64,000 bases of DNA from Lama guanicoe (Eukaryota). Positions 37,460 to 48,710 of the stretch are shown piece by piece. The translations under genes and the position numbers were made by a program. The notes under the pieces are model-generated. The model was not told the origin of the DNA. It saw only the letters and a program-made list of their open reading frames with translations, and searched no databases. The stretch lies in assembly GCA_013239625.1 (NCBI GenBank), contig MU053994.1:1989589-2053588 (forward strand). Direction: 5' to 3'. Numbering within the stretch: the first letter of the stretch is position 1; each line of letters starts with the position of its first letter.

Positions 37460-38530
37460 TGAATCACTTTTTTGGACAACTATCTACTGAGCTCCTAGTG
37501 TACTACGTTTCAGGTACTGTTCTCTCCACTAGTGATAAAAGTGTAAAGAAAAAAATATAAATAAGTGTGTGCTCTCCCGGAACTTCTATTCCAATGGGAG
37601 AAGACAGAAAATAAGCTTGTACTAATAAATTAAGATAACTTCAGGTTCTGATAAGTGCTACGAAGAAGATAAAATAGAAAAACACGGTAAAGATGGAACA
37701 GGGGGCTACTGATTTAGGTAGCGTGGCCAGGGAAGGAGATTTAACTTGGGTCACAATTTTTTTAAATGGCCACACAAATCTTTAGCATTCTTCCCACAGA
37801 GAGGTGAGGTCTGTGTCCTCTCCCCTTGAATCCAGGCACGTTTGTGACTCCTTCCACCAAGAGGGTACCTGAGAAGTGACACCAAGAGAATTCCAAAGCT
37901 AGGTGACAAGCGGCCACGGAGCTCCTGCTTGGTTCCCAAGAACACTCACACTGAAGCTCTGAGCCGCCACGAGAGAAGTGTGACTGGCCTGAGGCTGCCA
38001 TCCTGTGAGGGAGCACAAACAATAAGAGATGCCACATGTCAGAGCTCTGATCAGCTGTCCCAGAGAGACTGAGGGCTAAAGCTTCCCAGCGCAGGTGCCA
38101 GGAGCCTCCAGGTAAGTCCAGTACCAGCTGCAGGTCACCGTCAGTCTTCATGTCTTCTCACTCATGCTGGGGCAGAAACAAGCCATCTGCTATGTCCTGT
38201 CTGAACTCCCGACTCCCAGAACCCACAAACATAATATAATCCCTTTTTTATGCCCTTAAGTTTTACAGTGGTTTGATAAGCAGCAACAGTAACCAAAACA
38301 CACTGAGTCTTGAATGATGAGAAAAGGCAGACCTGCAAAGAGCTGGGGGTGAAGAGCACAGCAAGTGCAAATGTCCTGAGGCAAGATCAAGCTCGGTCTC
38401 TTGAGAAAGTGGTAGGGCCTTATTATAGACCATGTAAAGAGTGAGGATTTTATTCTAAGTGTTACAGGAAACCATTGGAGGGTTTTGAGCAAGGCAGTGA
38501 CATGACCTGATTCATGCTTTAAAAAGATCC
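37460..38530 (-). mobile_element. L2 LINE fragment interrupted by an MLT1 LTR
   Basis: caactatctactgagctcc...tactacgtttcaggtactgttct...[MLT1]...ctgagtcttgaatgatgag...gaaaccattggagggttttgagcaagg. Confidence 0.8.
37752..38300 (+). mobile_element. MaLR solo LTR, MLT1G/H-like
   Basis: aatggccacacaaatc...tctccccttgaatcc...ctgaactcccgactcccagaaccc...taagttttacagtggtttgataagcagcaacagtaaccaaaaca. Confidence 0.8.
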
Positions 38531-39839
38531 TTCAACATATCAAGTGTTGACAGTACGTGGAGGAACTGGAACTTTCATCGGCTGCTGATGAGGACACACA
38601 TTCTCTAAGAAAGGAATGCTATCCTGGGTCAGGTTCAATAGTCCAGTGTCATTCCTCTCACAATGTCCCCAGAGGACACTGGCTTCATCAGCCTCCTGGG
38701 GCAGGCTGCCATCCACAGCTCCTTCCTCGTGTCCAAAATTTGTGATCGCCAGCCAAGAGCTGGGGACATTCAAAGGTGCTGGGCTGTGACAGAAGTGGCC
38801 CCGGCCGCAGAGGACCAGTTGGCATCTCTGAACACCCTCCCAGAGCAGAGCTGTTGGGCATACAAGAGGATCACTTTTGAAAAGGTCCAGAAAGTTCTCC
38901 TTTTGCTGCCCTTTTAGTGTCACAAAAACATCACATAGTGATGGAAAGCAACTAGGAATTCTGTAAGGCTTGGTAATACGGTATTTTCCTCATCACACCA
39001 GCACTGCAGACATTTGGAAAACAGTCGTATTACCACATGCAAGACAGAATATTTATTCAAGGCTACATATGCAGACTACCCAGCCCAGATATGGATTGGA
39101 GGACGCCTTGCTCTAACCAGACAGCCTAGGTATGAGTAACAGAAGTCAGACGCCACAGAATTCCAGGAGCTGAGGGAGAGACAAGGCTCACAGGGTAACA
39201 GCTGAGAAAGACAGAGTAGCCATCAGACAGAAGCCAACACTGTGTCAGGAGGCTGCAGCCAGGGCCCAGGGTCCGCGAAAATTTCCTCCAAAAGCCTTCT
39301 CAGAAGAGGTGTGAGATCGCACTTAAATCTATCCCAAAAGGTCCAAAACCAAACAATGAGACGGTGGTCTGAGGCATTTTGTAGTCACTTGATTAATGAG
39401 CCTCCTCTTCTTAAAGGTGTTCTGTCCTCACCCCACCCTACACACACCCCCACCACACACACACCCCCGCCCCAGACCCTTCACCTTTCAGATCGGTGGA
39501 GTGACCGGGGCAAGTCAACTCTTCCAAATTGTGCGATATGAGGCGAAGACTCTGGGAAGGACGGCATGTCTGCTGCCGCCCCCTTGTCTCTTGGTGCTTT
39601 GCAAGCCGGGCTGTCTTTGCTTCCCTTCTCCCTAGATTTGGTCATTCTCAGGGCCCACGGCTCCGACAAGCTTCCATGCTGCAGGGCGCTTCTTCCCCTC
39701 TGCTCAGATCAGCTATGGCCAGCCACTGAGCCAGTAAGAGAGAACCAGCTAACCCCGCAGACAGCAAGAAACGGCCGAGCACACAGCCACCAGCCGCCCA
39801 GAAGCCCCTTTGCATGTTGCAATGCAGCTGGGTCTCCAG

Positions 39840-40445
39840 ACTCAGCTTCCCTCTGCCTCCCCTCCTCACCCTGGTCCAGGCCTCAGGAGCCTCCTAACAG
39901 GTCTCCCAGCTTTCTGTCTTCCTTTTCCAAACTGTCTCCCTGAAGCTATTTTTCACACGTACAATTCATCACCTTATCTCCCTGCTTAAAAACTTTTGGG
40001 TGGCATCCCACTGATAAAGCCCTAAACTGCAAAGGGCCCTGAGACCCTGACAGGATAGGATGCACCGCTCCAGGGCCCTCCAGCCTGCCTCAGGGCCTTT
40101 GCACCACACCTCCATCCTGGAAAGCCCTTCCCATAGTGCTCATTGAGTTAACCCCTTCTTACTCTTTCATTTTCAATTCAAATGTGGGCTTCTGCAGGAC
40201 AGACTTCTTGGACGCCTCAGACCAAGTCAGGGCCCTTATACCCTCTCAGACACCCCAATGTCATGGCCACGTGGCAGTTGTCAAGTTTATACACTCGTAG
40301 GTCACCTGGTAACTGTGTCTCCCTTAGATCTTTCAGTTCCAGGAACCCAGGGATGGGGTCTATTTGCTTCATCTGCTTAGGTCCAGTGGCAATCACAACC
40401 CCCTGCCTGGTAGGTGCCCAATACATATTTGTTGAGAGAATAAAG
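39840..40445 (+). mobile_element. L2 LINE 3' fragment
   Basis: cctcctaacaggtctcccagc...ccctgcttaaaaac...cagggcctttgcac...gtaggtgcccaatacatatttgttgag. Confidence 0.8.
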
Positions 40446-41085
40446 GTAGAAATAGGAATATGTTCATTTTCAATTATTCTTCCTTAATTTTAAAAAGTAA
40501 TACATTCTTTTAGAAAATGTTTGGGAAAATTAAATCAACCATATTTCTAGAGATGAGCACTGATAACAGTCTTCCATCTTTCCTTTCCACCATTTATACT
40601 TTTTGTTTTACTAAACGGAGATTCTATTGAATATACAGTACAAAGCGTCATAGAATAATTACTTCTCAAAAAACGTGAATATACCACTCCCTCTATTCTC
40701 TTTTCTGTCGCTTTTTGTTCTGATTTAACAATAACTCGTAGTCACCGGAAAAAATTTGGAAATTACCAAAAACATACAAAAACAGAAATGTAAATTACCT
40801 GTAATTGCAAGCTAAGGATATTCCGCTGGTAACACAGCCCTGTATTTTCTTTCCATATTTTTTCTATGCATAAATTTCACTGCATTTATCTCTGAGAAAG
40901 AGTCACAACATCACCACATTTCCAGGTGCTCTCCACCCAGAGAGGGAAAATGTTTCTGGTGAGGTTTTACCAGGGCCCCAGCCCTTCCAATCTGCTTGCA
41001 GTTCAGGGTGTCCTCCGGGTGGGCGGGCCCTGTAGGGACTACGGGAGGTGACTGCTTCTGCCTCAGCCCCTCCCCCGCCCTCCAG

Positions 41086-41184
41086 NNNNNNNNNNNNNNN
41101 NNNNNNNNNNNNNNNNNNNNNNNNNNNNNNNNNNNNNNNNNNNNNNNNNNNNNNNNNNNNNNNNNNNNNNNNNNNNNNNNNNNN
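41086..41184. other. Assembly gap (run of about 99 N)
   Basis: N characters in the sequence. Confidence 0.99.
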
Positions 41185-42334
41185 CAGGCCCCCCACCCAG
41201 GGCCTTTTGTGTGCCCCAGGCCTCCTGTGAAGCCAAGGAGTCCTGGTTTTCTTTTGTAACCTGATCACCTTCATCCTTGTGTCCCTGCGGGTTTCCTTAA
41301 CGAGGCCAAATTTATGTGCCCCCAAGGGAATCCAAGCAGCTGGCCTCCCCTGCCCGGATCCCACCCCCACCACTACCACCCCCAAAAGCCACGGGGCATT
41401 TACAAGGAGGTCGGGTGAGCTTTGATAAAACTGAAGCAGTCCCTGGTGTCAGGTCAGAAACTCCACCTCGGAGTTGTGGGGACACCAGACAGGGAGTCAT
41501 AAACAGGAAGCATTTCCCCCGCGCCTAGGGGGAGGCAGGCGGGACTGCTGGATGGATGCAAGTCTGAGAAAGAAAAGAGGGGCGCTCAAGGCCACCTCAA
41601 CCAGGGCGCTGTCTCCCCGCAGGGTTCCGGTGGTCGTTGCTATGAGGACTTGGTATCTGGGCGAAGTCGGGGTGCTTATGACGCTCAGTTCAGCTGGAGG
41701 TTAGAAGAGGAGGCAGGCAGGTGGGCCCCAGGCCCTGGAACCCGGCCCCTCCATCCCCCGAGCCCCGCCGGCCCAGGGACGTAAGTGGGCAGCACAGACC
41801 TCCAGACATGCTGGGAAGGACAGAGGCCCCAGCCTCCAAAGCCCTGACTGAGTCTTTAACGGCAGGAACCTGGCCTCCAGCGTAGAGCTGTGAAGACAGG
41901 CCCCATGTCCATGCAGGAGGCCCGTCCCTCACTTGAGCCTCTGGACGATGCCTTCCTGGAGTAACAGAACACAGGAAAAATGAATTTCCCAGCCCGACCA
42001 TACGGTTCCTAAGAACTATGCCCCTCAGGAAGTAATGCTTCCGGGAGGGTTCTGCTCACCCCCAGCAAAGGTCGGACAGAAGGCCGGTGGGGAGAGGCAG
42101 TGAAGGCGAAGAAGAGGGGCATCCTGGGAATGGCTGGTAGGGTCCCCTCCAACTGCGACATCCCCCATGGAGTGTGGTTCCCAAGTACCCCCCTCTAGTC
42201 ACGCCTTCTGCCACCTTTGGTCAAATCCCACCCACTGGGCTCGATTCAGATTTGCTCTCAGCTCCTTCCTGAAGCCACTCAGAGGGCAGAATCAGGGCAT
42301 CAGAACAGCAAAAGATTTTAAGCATGGCCACTCA

Positions 42335-43050
42335 AGTGTTTCCCAAAGTGTGTGCTGTGAAAGCCAGTGGGACCTACAAAGGAGCTCCTCGGTCAGGTGA
42401 CTTTGGGAAACACCGTGCAGCAGAGTGCCTCCGTGATCCCAATTCTTGACCCCTCCTGAAATCCACACCCTTGGCCATGGATTCACAGTGGCCTCCCATG
42501 GCAGGCAGGTCGCCTGCCCAACCCTTGGCCGGTGGGCCAACAGGATGCTAGCAGACCTGAGGGAAGCAGAGGCCTGCAGTGAGCTGGGGTTTTGCCCTGT
42601 TGAGCCTCTGCCATCTCCACGGGAACATGCCCAGGAAGGCTGCTGGAGGACGAGGGACGGGGTGGGGAGGGTACAGAACAGACCTGCCGTTGTCATCCCA
42701 ACCAGGACCAGCTTAGCTGGCCCTCCAGCCAGCCACCGCCGGACACGTGAGAGTACCAGCCAACCCCTGGGCCTTCTAGACACTTGAGCAATAAATCTGT
42801 ATCACTGTGGGCTGCGGCGGTTTTGTAGCACTGTTGATGCAAAAGACAGCGGATGCAACACTGCGTGTTAGTATGTCCCAGAGAGTCCCAACGGGCTCCA
42901 GCCGACTAAAGGCCCTGGAAGGTCTGCAGCAGAGGAACCTGCTCAACTTTGCTGAACCCAGCATTGCCCTGACTCACTGGCTCAGGGAGCCCTTGTCTCC
43001 CAAGTAACACCTTAAGGAAGTGATGTTTAGAGGAAGGCACAGCAGGGAAG
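42335..43050. mobile_element. hAT-Charlie MER remnant (MER103-like), split by an MLT1 LTR
   Basis: agtgtttcccaaagtgtg...tttgggaaacac [LTR] taaaggccctggaaggtctgcagcagaggaacctgctcaactttgctgaacccagc. Confidence 0.55.
42416..42857 (+). mobile_element. MaLR solo LTR, MLT1G/H-like
   Basis: Starts tgcagcaga, contains gcaataaatctgtat, ends gcaaaagacagcggatgca; flanks ACACCG / ACACTG. Confidence 0.7.
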
Positions 43051-43236
43051 TTTCACCCCTCATTTTATAGAGGAGGAAACCAGACCCAGAAAGGAGGCTC
43101 ACCTGGCTTCTGGGTCACAATTTCTTCCCTTCGGTGACACTCCCACTTCCTGAGGTGATGGTGGCCTCTCCCTTTTCTGAACTGAGGTCTGAATCACACA
43201 ATTTCACATTTGACTCTTTGCTGTATGCTGTTTTCT

Positions 43237-43756
43237 TTCCTTTTTCTTTTTCTTTTTGAAGTACAGTTGATTTACAATGTTGCGTTAGTTTCTGGTGTAC
43301 AACAGAATATATGTATATTCAGTTATACGTATATATACATATTATTTTTCAGATTCTTTTCCACTATAAGTTATTACAAGATATTGAATATACTTCCCTG
43401 TGCTCTACAGTAAATCCTTGGTGCTTATCTTTTCTTCCCTCCCTTAATGCGGGCGCTGGGGATTGAACCCAGGACCTTGTGCGCACCAAGCACTCGTTCT
43501 ACCACTGAACTCTACCCCCAACCCTGTTTATCTTATATATAGTAGTGTGCATCTGTTAATCCCAAACTCCTAATTTATCCTTCCTACCTCCCTTTCCCCT
43601 TTGGTAACTATAAGTTTGTTTTCTATGTCTCTGAGTCTCTTTTTGTTTTGTAAATAAGTTCATTTGTATCATTTTTTTTCAGATTCCACATATAAGTGGT
43701 ATCATCTGATATTTGTCTTTCTCTGTCTGACTTACTTCACTTAGTATCATAATTTC
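43237..43756 (-). mobile_element. 5'-truncated younger L1 (same family as 25346-25823) with a nested SINE
   Basis: tttgaagtacagttgatttacaatgttgcgttagtttctggtgtac...agattccacatataagtggtatc; weak TSD at 43221-43236 / 43757-43772. Confidence 0.9.
43432..43524 (-). mobile_element. tRNA-Ala-derived SINE (Vic-1-like) nested in L1
   Basis: ctggggattgaacccaggaccttgtgcgcaccaagcactcgttctaccactgaactct; TSD TGCTTATCTT / TGTTTATCTT. Confidence 0.85.
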
Positions 43757-43774
43757 CAGTACCTTGTTTTCTAA

Positions 43775-44050
43775 TTCAACAACAACAAAATTTTCTTGAG
43801 AACCTACTATGTGCAAAGACCAGTGCTAGGCACCAGGAACCTCAAGAAAAGACAGTCCTTAGCTTCAAGCAGCTCACAGTCCAGTGGAGGAAGAAGGCGA
43901 AGAAAAAGAGCCTATGAAGGGGATCATTAGGTGCTCTGGGGGCAGGAAGGATGTAGAAGTGACACACATATCAGGACAAGCTTCATGGAGGAGGTGACAT
44001 CTGAACTCAGTCTTGAAGAATGAGTAGGAGTTACCTGCATAAGAAATATG
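43775..44050 (-). mobile_element. L2 LINE 3' fragment
   Basis: ttgagaacctactatgtgcaaagaccagtgctaggcac...gcttcatggaggaggtgacatctgaactcagtcttgaagaatgagtagg. Confidence 0.85.
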
Positions 44051-45972
44051 AGACGGGGTAGGATGGGATAAGATGGGATGGGATGTGGTGGGGAGGAACT
44101 GGAGGCAGTGGCAGTGGACCTGTGAGTGAGTCAGGGGTCAATTAACAGAGAATAGGACCCCCTCCAGCTAATTGCAACAGAATTATTAAGTATTAAGAGC
44201 CTGACAGTATTATTGTGAGGGCTGAAGAGACCCACTCAGTGCTGAGCTTCCCAGAGAGTCCCCCAAAGCCACACCACAGACCTGAGCTGGGGTGATCAGG
44301 AAGCTATTAAACAATCAGAAGCCACCCCTGCCAGCTTGAGAACCATGTGGCCTCAGTTGCTAACCACATCAGCAAAAAGCGTGTCTCTCTCTCCTTCTTT
44401 CACTGAGATCCAAAGTCAAGTTTCCCACAGGAAGGTCTGATTGGCTGAACCTCACCATGCCCGGAACCCTAGCTGCAAGGGAGTCTGAGAAATGTGCTGT
44501 TTAGCTCTCTAACAGGGGTTGAAAAGGATTCAGTACGTCAATTCACCGTATCTTTCTCCAAAGAGCACTTAAGGAAAGCCAGTTCAGCGTGTATTTAGGG
44601 CTTATCTTCCCAGAAAATACTCTCAGCTCACACAGCTTCTTTTTTTCTGTCTCCCTCCTGGCGCCTCCCCCCACTTCTGGGCATGCCATAGGCACTCATT
44701 AAAGACCTCCAAAAAGCCTAAGCTGATTAACCGGCCTCCTCACTGCTTGATCTCTGGGGTGGGCAGGTATCAAGATGAATAAAGGCAACCTTTTTTTTTC
44801 CCTCCAGTCTTGCCTGGAATAAATTGCTACTTTCTTAAACGCACAGAAGGATGTATTATTATGAAGGTGTTCTGTATTATTACTGAGAACAATTATTCAG
44901 AAGCCAGAAGCCTAGAGCTGACGAGGTTATATTCTCTGAGGAGGAATTCCAGAAACCATTAGTCATTAACTTTTTTGCTTGGGAAAAGAATCTCTTCTTT
45001 CTCCTGCTTGGGAATGCCGAACAAGTGTGTTTCCAGTGACTTCCATCTGCACAGCCTTCCCTGGCAGGGACGGGTCAGGCAGAACTGTTCTTTTGTCACC
45101 ATCCGACCAAACCTGAAGATGGGGAAGCCGGGGCCTCTGGAATCCAACATCTGCCCAAACCCCGCAGGAGGCGCGGGCAGCCTCATTAATTCCTGCCTGT
45201 GGAACACCTGTGCAGCCTCAGTGAGAGGTGTGGGGCGACCACGAGCCCAATTCACTACCACCATTGATGGAAGCTTCTGGCCCCACCCCTGCTTTCATTT
45301 CTGCAGCCTGGCCCTGTCTCGGGGTAAAGGCAGGCCAGTGCTGGTGGGGTTTCTGGGGGGTGGGGGGGGGGGCAACAAACAGGCGACCCAGAGACCCCGG
45401 CCGGGGCCTTGGCTCCCCACGCCAGGGCAACAGCAACTCTCACTGGAAGTTTCCTGGATCTCACCATTTTCCTCAGAGAAAATGGCTCGATTCCTCAGAG
45501 CGTCTGAGCCTCTTTCTCAGATTATATGCCTTTTGCCTCAGAGCGAGGTACTAGTGCCAAGCTGAGACACTTCCCTCAAGCTCTGGCCTCGGCTTTAAAG
45601 CGGACTTGGGTCCCCCAAGAATGTCTTGCAAAGCCCAGCCACTCCAAGGGCCATATTTAAACTCACCACAATCCAATGCAGGGCAGGGAGGGAAAGGACA
45701 GATTCTACAGACAAGAGGACAGGGTTCTGTGAAAGCGAAGTGAACACACAATCCTCCACAAATGGAGTGAGGCGGGTGGGGGCTATTTCACATTTGATTC
45801 CTCGTTCACTTCGTGGCATAAGAGATCACCAGCTGTTTAATTTTCCAGCTCTAAGGATGGGCTCCCTGGACGTTAAGTTCAAGGCTGCCTTGCCGTTCCT
45901 CTGTTCACAGGCCACCAGAGCTAAGCGACCCTGGAGGCTAGCACGGCTGAGACACTGGAGCTGGCGGGGAAG

Positions 45973-46119
45973 CTGGGGTCTCCACACAGGGTTATGTGAC
46001 CTGAGTCTGCAAGACTGGGGTCTGCGCGGCCTGGGTTTGCATAGCTCAGGTCTACACGGCCGGGTTCTTTCTGGCCCAGATCTGCATCATCGGAGCCTGT
46101 GGGGTCCGGGTCTGCGTGG
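45973..46119. repeat. Highly degenerate 15-bp tandem repeat, 8-10 units, consensus about CCNGGGTCTGCAYGG
   Basis: cctgagtctgcaaga / ctggggtctgcgcgg / cctgggtttgcatag / ctcaggtctacacgg / ccgggttctttctgg / cccagatctgcatca / tcggagcctgtgggg / tccgggtctgcgtgg (46000-46119). Confidence 0.7.
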
Positions 46120-47134
46120 CACTGACGTTGCCACCCCTTTAACCAGTCTGAGGCCTCCTGATGCAGAAGAGGGAGTCGCTGCTCCGCTTATAACAAAGCT
46201 CTCAGGCAGCGGGGGTGGGGGCCACGCTGGGGAGGTGTGGGGCTGTGTCTGAGCGCTCCCCCGGGTGACAGGTCCATCTGGGACGTCTGAGCAGGGAGGC
46301 AGTTTCGTCCTCCCTGGGCCCCCGCAGTCCGTTCCACCGGCGGCATCCACCTCCTGCTTTTCCTCTCACCACCAGCTGCTTTCCTGTCGCCAGGGAGGAC
46401 GAGGAGCCTGGAGCTGTGCACAGCGGCCCAGGCAGGCAATCCTGCCTCCCTGGGTGACAACAGAGGGTTGTTTACCTTACCTCTCTTGACCTCAGAGAGC
46501 AGGGGGCTCCAGCCACATTGCTCTGGCAGGGGAAGGGCCTGGGCCTGCTGGCCTTGCAGGCTGGGGAGAGACGTGCTCAGAAACACCACGGCGAGAACTG
46601 TCAGCCTTCATTATTAATACCCGGTGTTAATGTTTAATGTCAGAAAACTGCAGCTCCCTTCTCGGCACCATCACCAAACCTGCTCGGGTCACGCCAACCA
46701 GAACTCTCCCATCTCAGTGCCCCTTGAGCTGCGTATCAAGACCAGCAGAGACATTTAGGTTTGCTCAAAAGACTAGGTACCAAATGAATTCTATAAATAA
46801 GAAGATTAAAATTAAATAGGACTAAAAAAGGATTGCATTGCTTTTGCAATCAGTCCTGTTCCTTAAGCGTCTCTAATACTCTGTGTTCGTTCAGATGCCA
46901 GAAAGTCTAGAAATAGGGTAAAGCAGAAGCATCACCTTTAAGACAGGGAAGTCTGGGGCTCTGCAGAGTATTTTGTGTGTTGTTGATATTCCGGATGTAT
47001 TTCTTAATCAGCAGTACGGATGCAACCAACAAAATCTGAAGGATCCGATGGACACCCCAAGATGAGTGCAAGGTATTGAATGAACAGGAATATCTAGCAC
47101 TTAGGTAATCTACTAATTCTTACCTGTCAAAACC

Positions 47135-47318
47135 AACTCGTTTCTCAACCTGGGACACTCTGTTAGCTCTAGGGGCGGGACAGTCCTTCGTTGCACATGG
47201 CTGTCCCACACACTGTCCCTGCCTTTCACCCCATGTGACCATCAAAAACATGTGGACTCATTTCCAACGCCCCATGCCGGGTGGTGGGCAGTGCAGCCCG
47301 GGGCTGGGAACCCCTGAT
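47135..47318. mobile_element. hAT-Charlie MITE, MER20-like
   Basis: gtttctcaacctggg...gacagtccttcgttg...ggctgtcc...tgtgaccatcaaaaacatg...gggaacccctg. Confidence 0.6.
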
Positions 47319-47489
47319 CCAGGTGCACTGGAACACCGATGTGGTGTTCGGCCGGCGCACAGCTGTAAATGCAAACTCAGAAATGACCCAGGCACCAGGC
47401 CAAGCCAGCAGAGCCGGGCCATGCTCACGCTGAGGCTTTCGGGAAGGCGACAGGGTTAGGGACTGGCCTTCCCAAAGGAAGCCCAAGGG

Positions 47490-47700
47490 AGAAGCTGCCC
47501 CCACGCCCACCCCACCCCCACCCCAGGGCAGCGCCTCCGCAGCCACCTCCATCTGCGGGCGGGGGAGTGGCCACAGCTTGTAAAGCTTTCATCTTTTCGA
47601 CTTCAAAGAACAGCCTCACAAAAAAAGCCCAGGGCACAGTTTTCCAGGATCCAGGAAACCAGGTGACTCACCTGTGCTGGCACCAGCCCGGGGTCCCGGC
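47490..47700. promoter_or_regulatory. Candidate enhancer core
   Basis: KLF/SP-type CCACGCCC and CCCCACCC runs, TCF-like TTCAAAG (47602), palindrome CAGGTGACTCACCTG (47660-47674). Confidence 0.35.
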
Positions 47701-47869
47701 TTGCCTCTCTTGACCTGAACCACACCTACCAGGCCCGAAACCTCACCTCACTGCCAACAGCTAGCAGACATTCTTAAAGGACCAGAGCTGAATCCCTGAA
47801 TTGGTTGGAAAAGCCACTTTAGAGGGATATAAATAGAAGACGATTTGATTTCCAGAGAATCTTCTTCCT

Positions 47870-48710
47870 ATAAACTTTTTTTATAGTATTTTATTGAGAA
47901 ATAATTTACATCCAGTAAAACACAGAAATCTTAAGTGTACAACTGGATGAATTTTTACATATGTATGCACTCGTGTGCCTTATAAAGTTTTAAGGAGCAT
48001 AGAAAAAAATTTAATGAAAACACACACACTAGCTGGAATAGCTAAAATTAAAAAGAATACTAATACCAAATGTTGGCAAGGAGGGAGAGCAAGGAGGAAC
48101 TCCCGTACGTCTCTGACAGGAGTGGAAAATGGTACAACCACTTTGGAAAATGATTTGGCGGTTTCTTATAAACAGATCCCCGCCACATGACCTAGCCTGG
48201 GTATTTGCCCAAGAGCACTGAACATTCAAAGCAGCTTTATTTGTAATAACCCCGAACTGGAAACAACCCAAATATCCACCAGGTGAATGGAAAAACAAAG
48301 TGTGCTGTATCCACACGGTGGAATACGAATCATTGATAAAAAGAACAAACCCCTGACACATGCAGCATGGATGAACTTCAAAATAATCATGCTGAGAGAA
48401 GCCAGAGAGTACGAACTGCATGATTCCATTTATGTTAAACTGTAGAAAATGCAAACCATTCTACAGTGACGGGAAACAGATCAGTGGTTGCCTGGGGATG
48501 GAGGCCGGGGAGAGGCAGGCGGGAGGAATGACAGGGAGTGGGGGGTGGCATGAGGCAACCTTGGGGAGCAATGGATATATTCAGGATCGTGATTATGGTG
48601 ACGGTTTCACGGGTGGATGCATATGTCAAAACGGATCAGATTGTATAATTTCAATAAGTGCAGTTTATTGTATGTCAATTAGACCTCGATAAAGCTGTAG
48701 TTTTTTTTTA
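47870..48710 (+). mobile_element. Ancient L1 fragments; short inverted 3' end at 47870-47980 and plus-strand ORF2 end / 3' UTR at 48010-48710
   Basis: ttattgagaaataatttacatccagtaaaa; ggtacaaccactttggaaaatgatttggc...ctggaaacaacccaaatatcc...tgcagtttattgtatgtcaatt. Confidence 0.85.
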
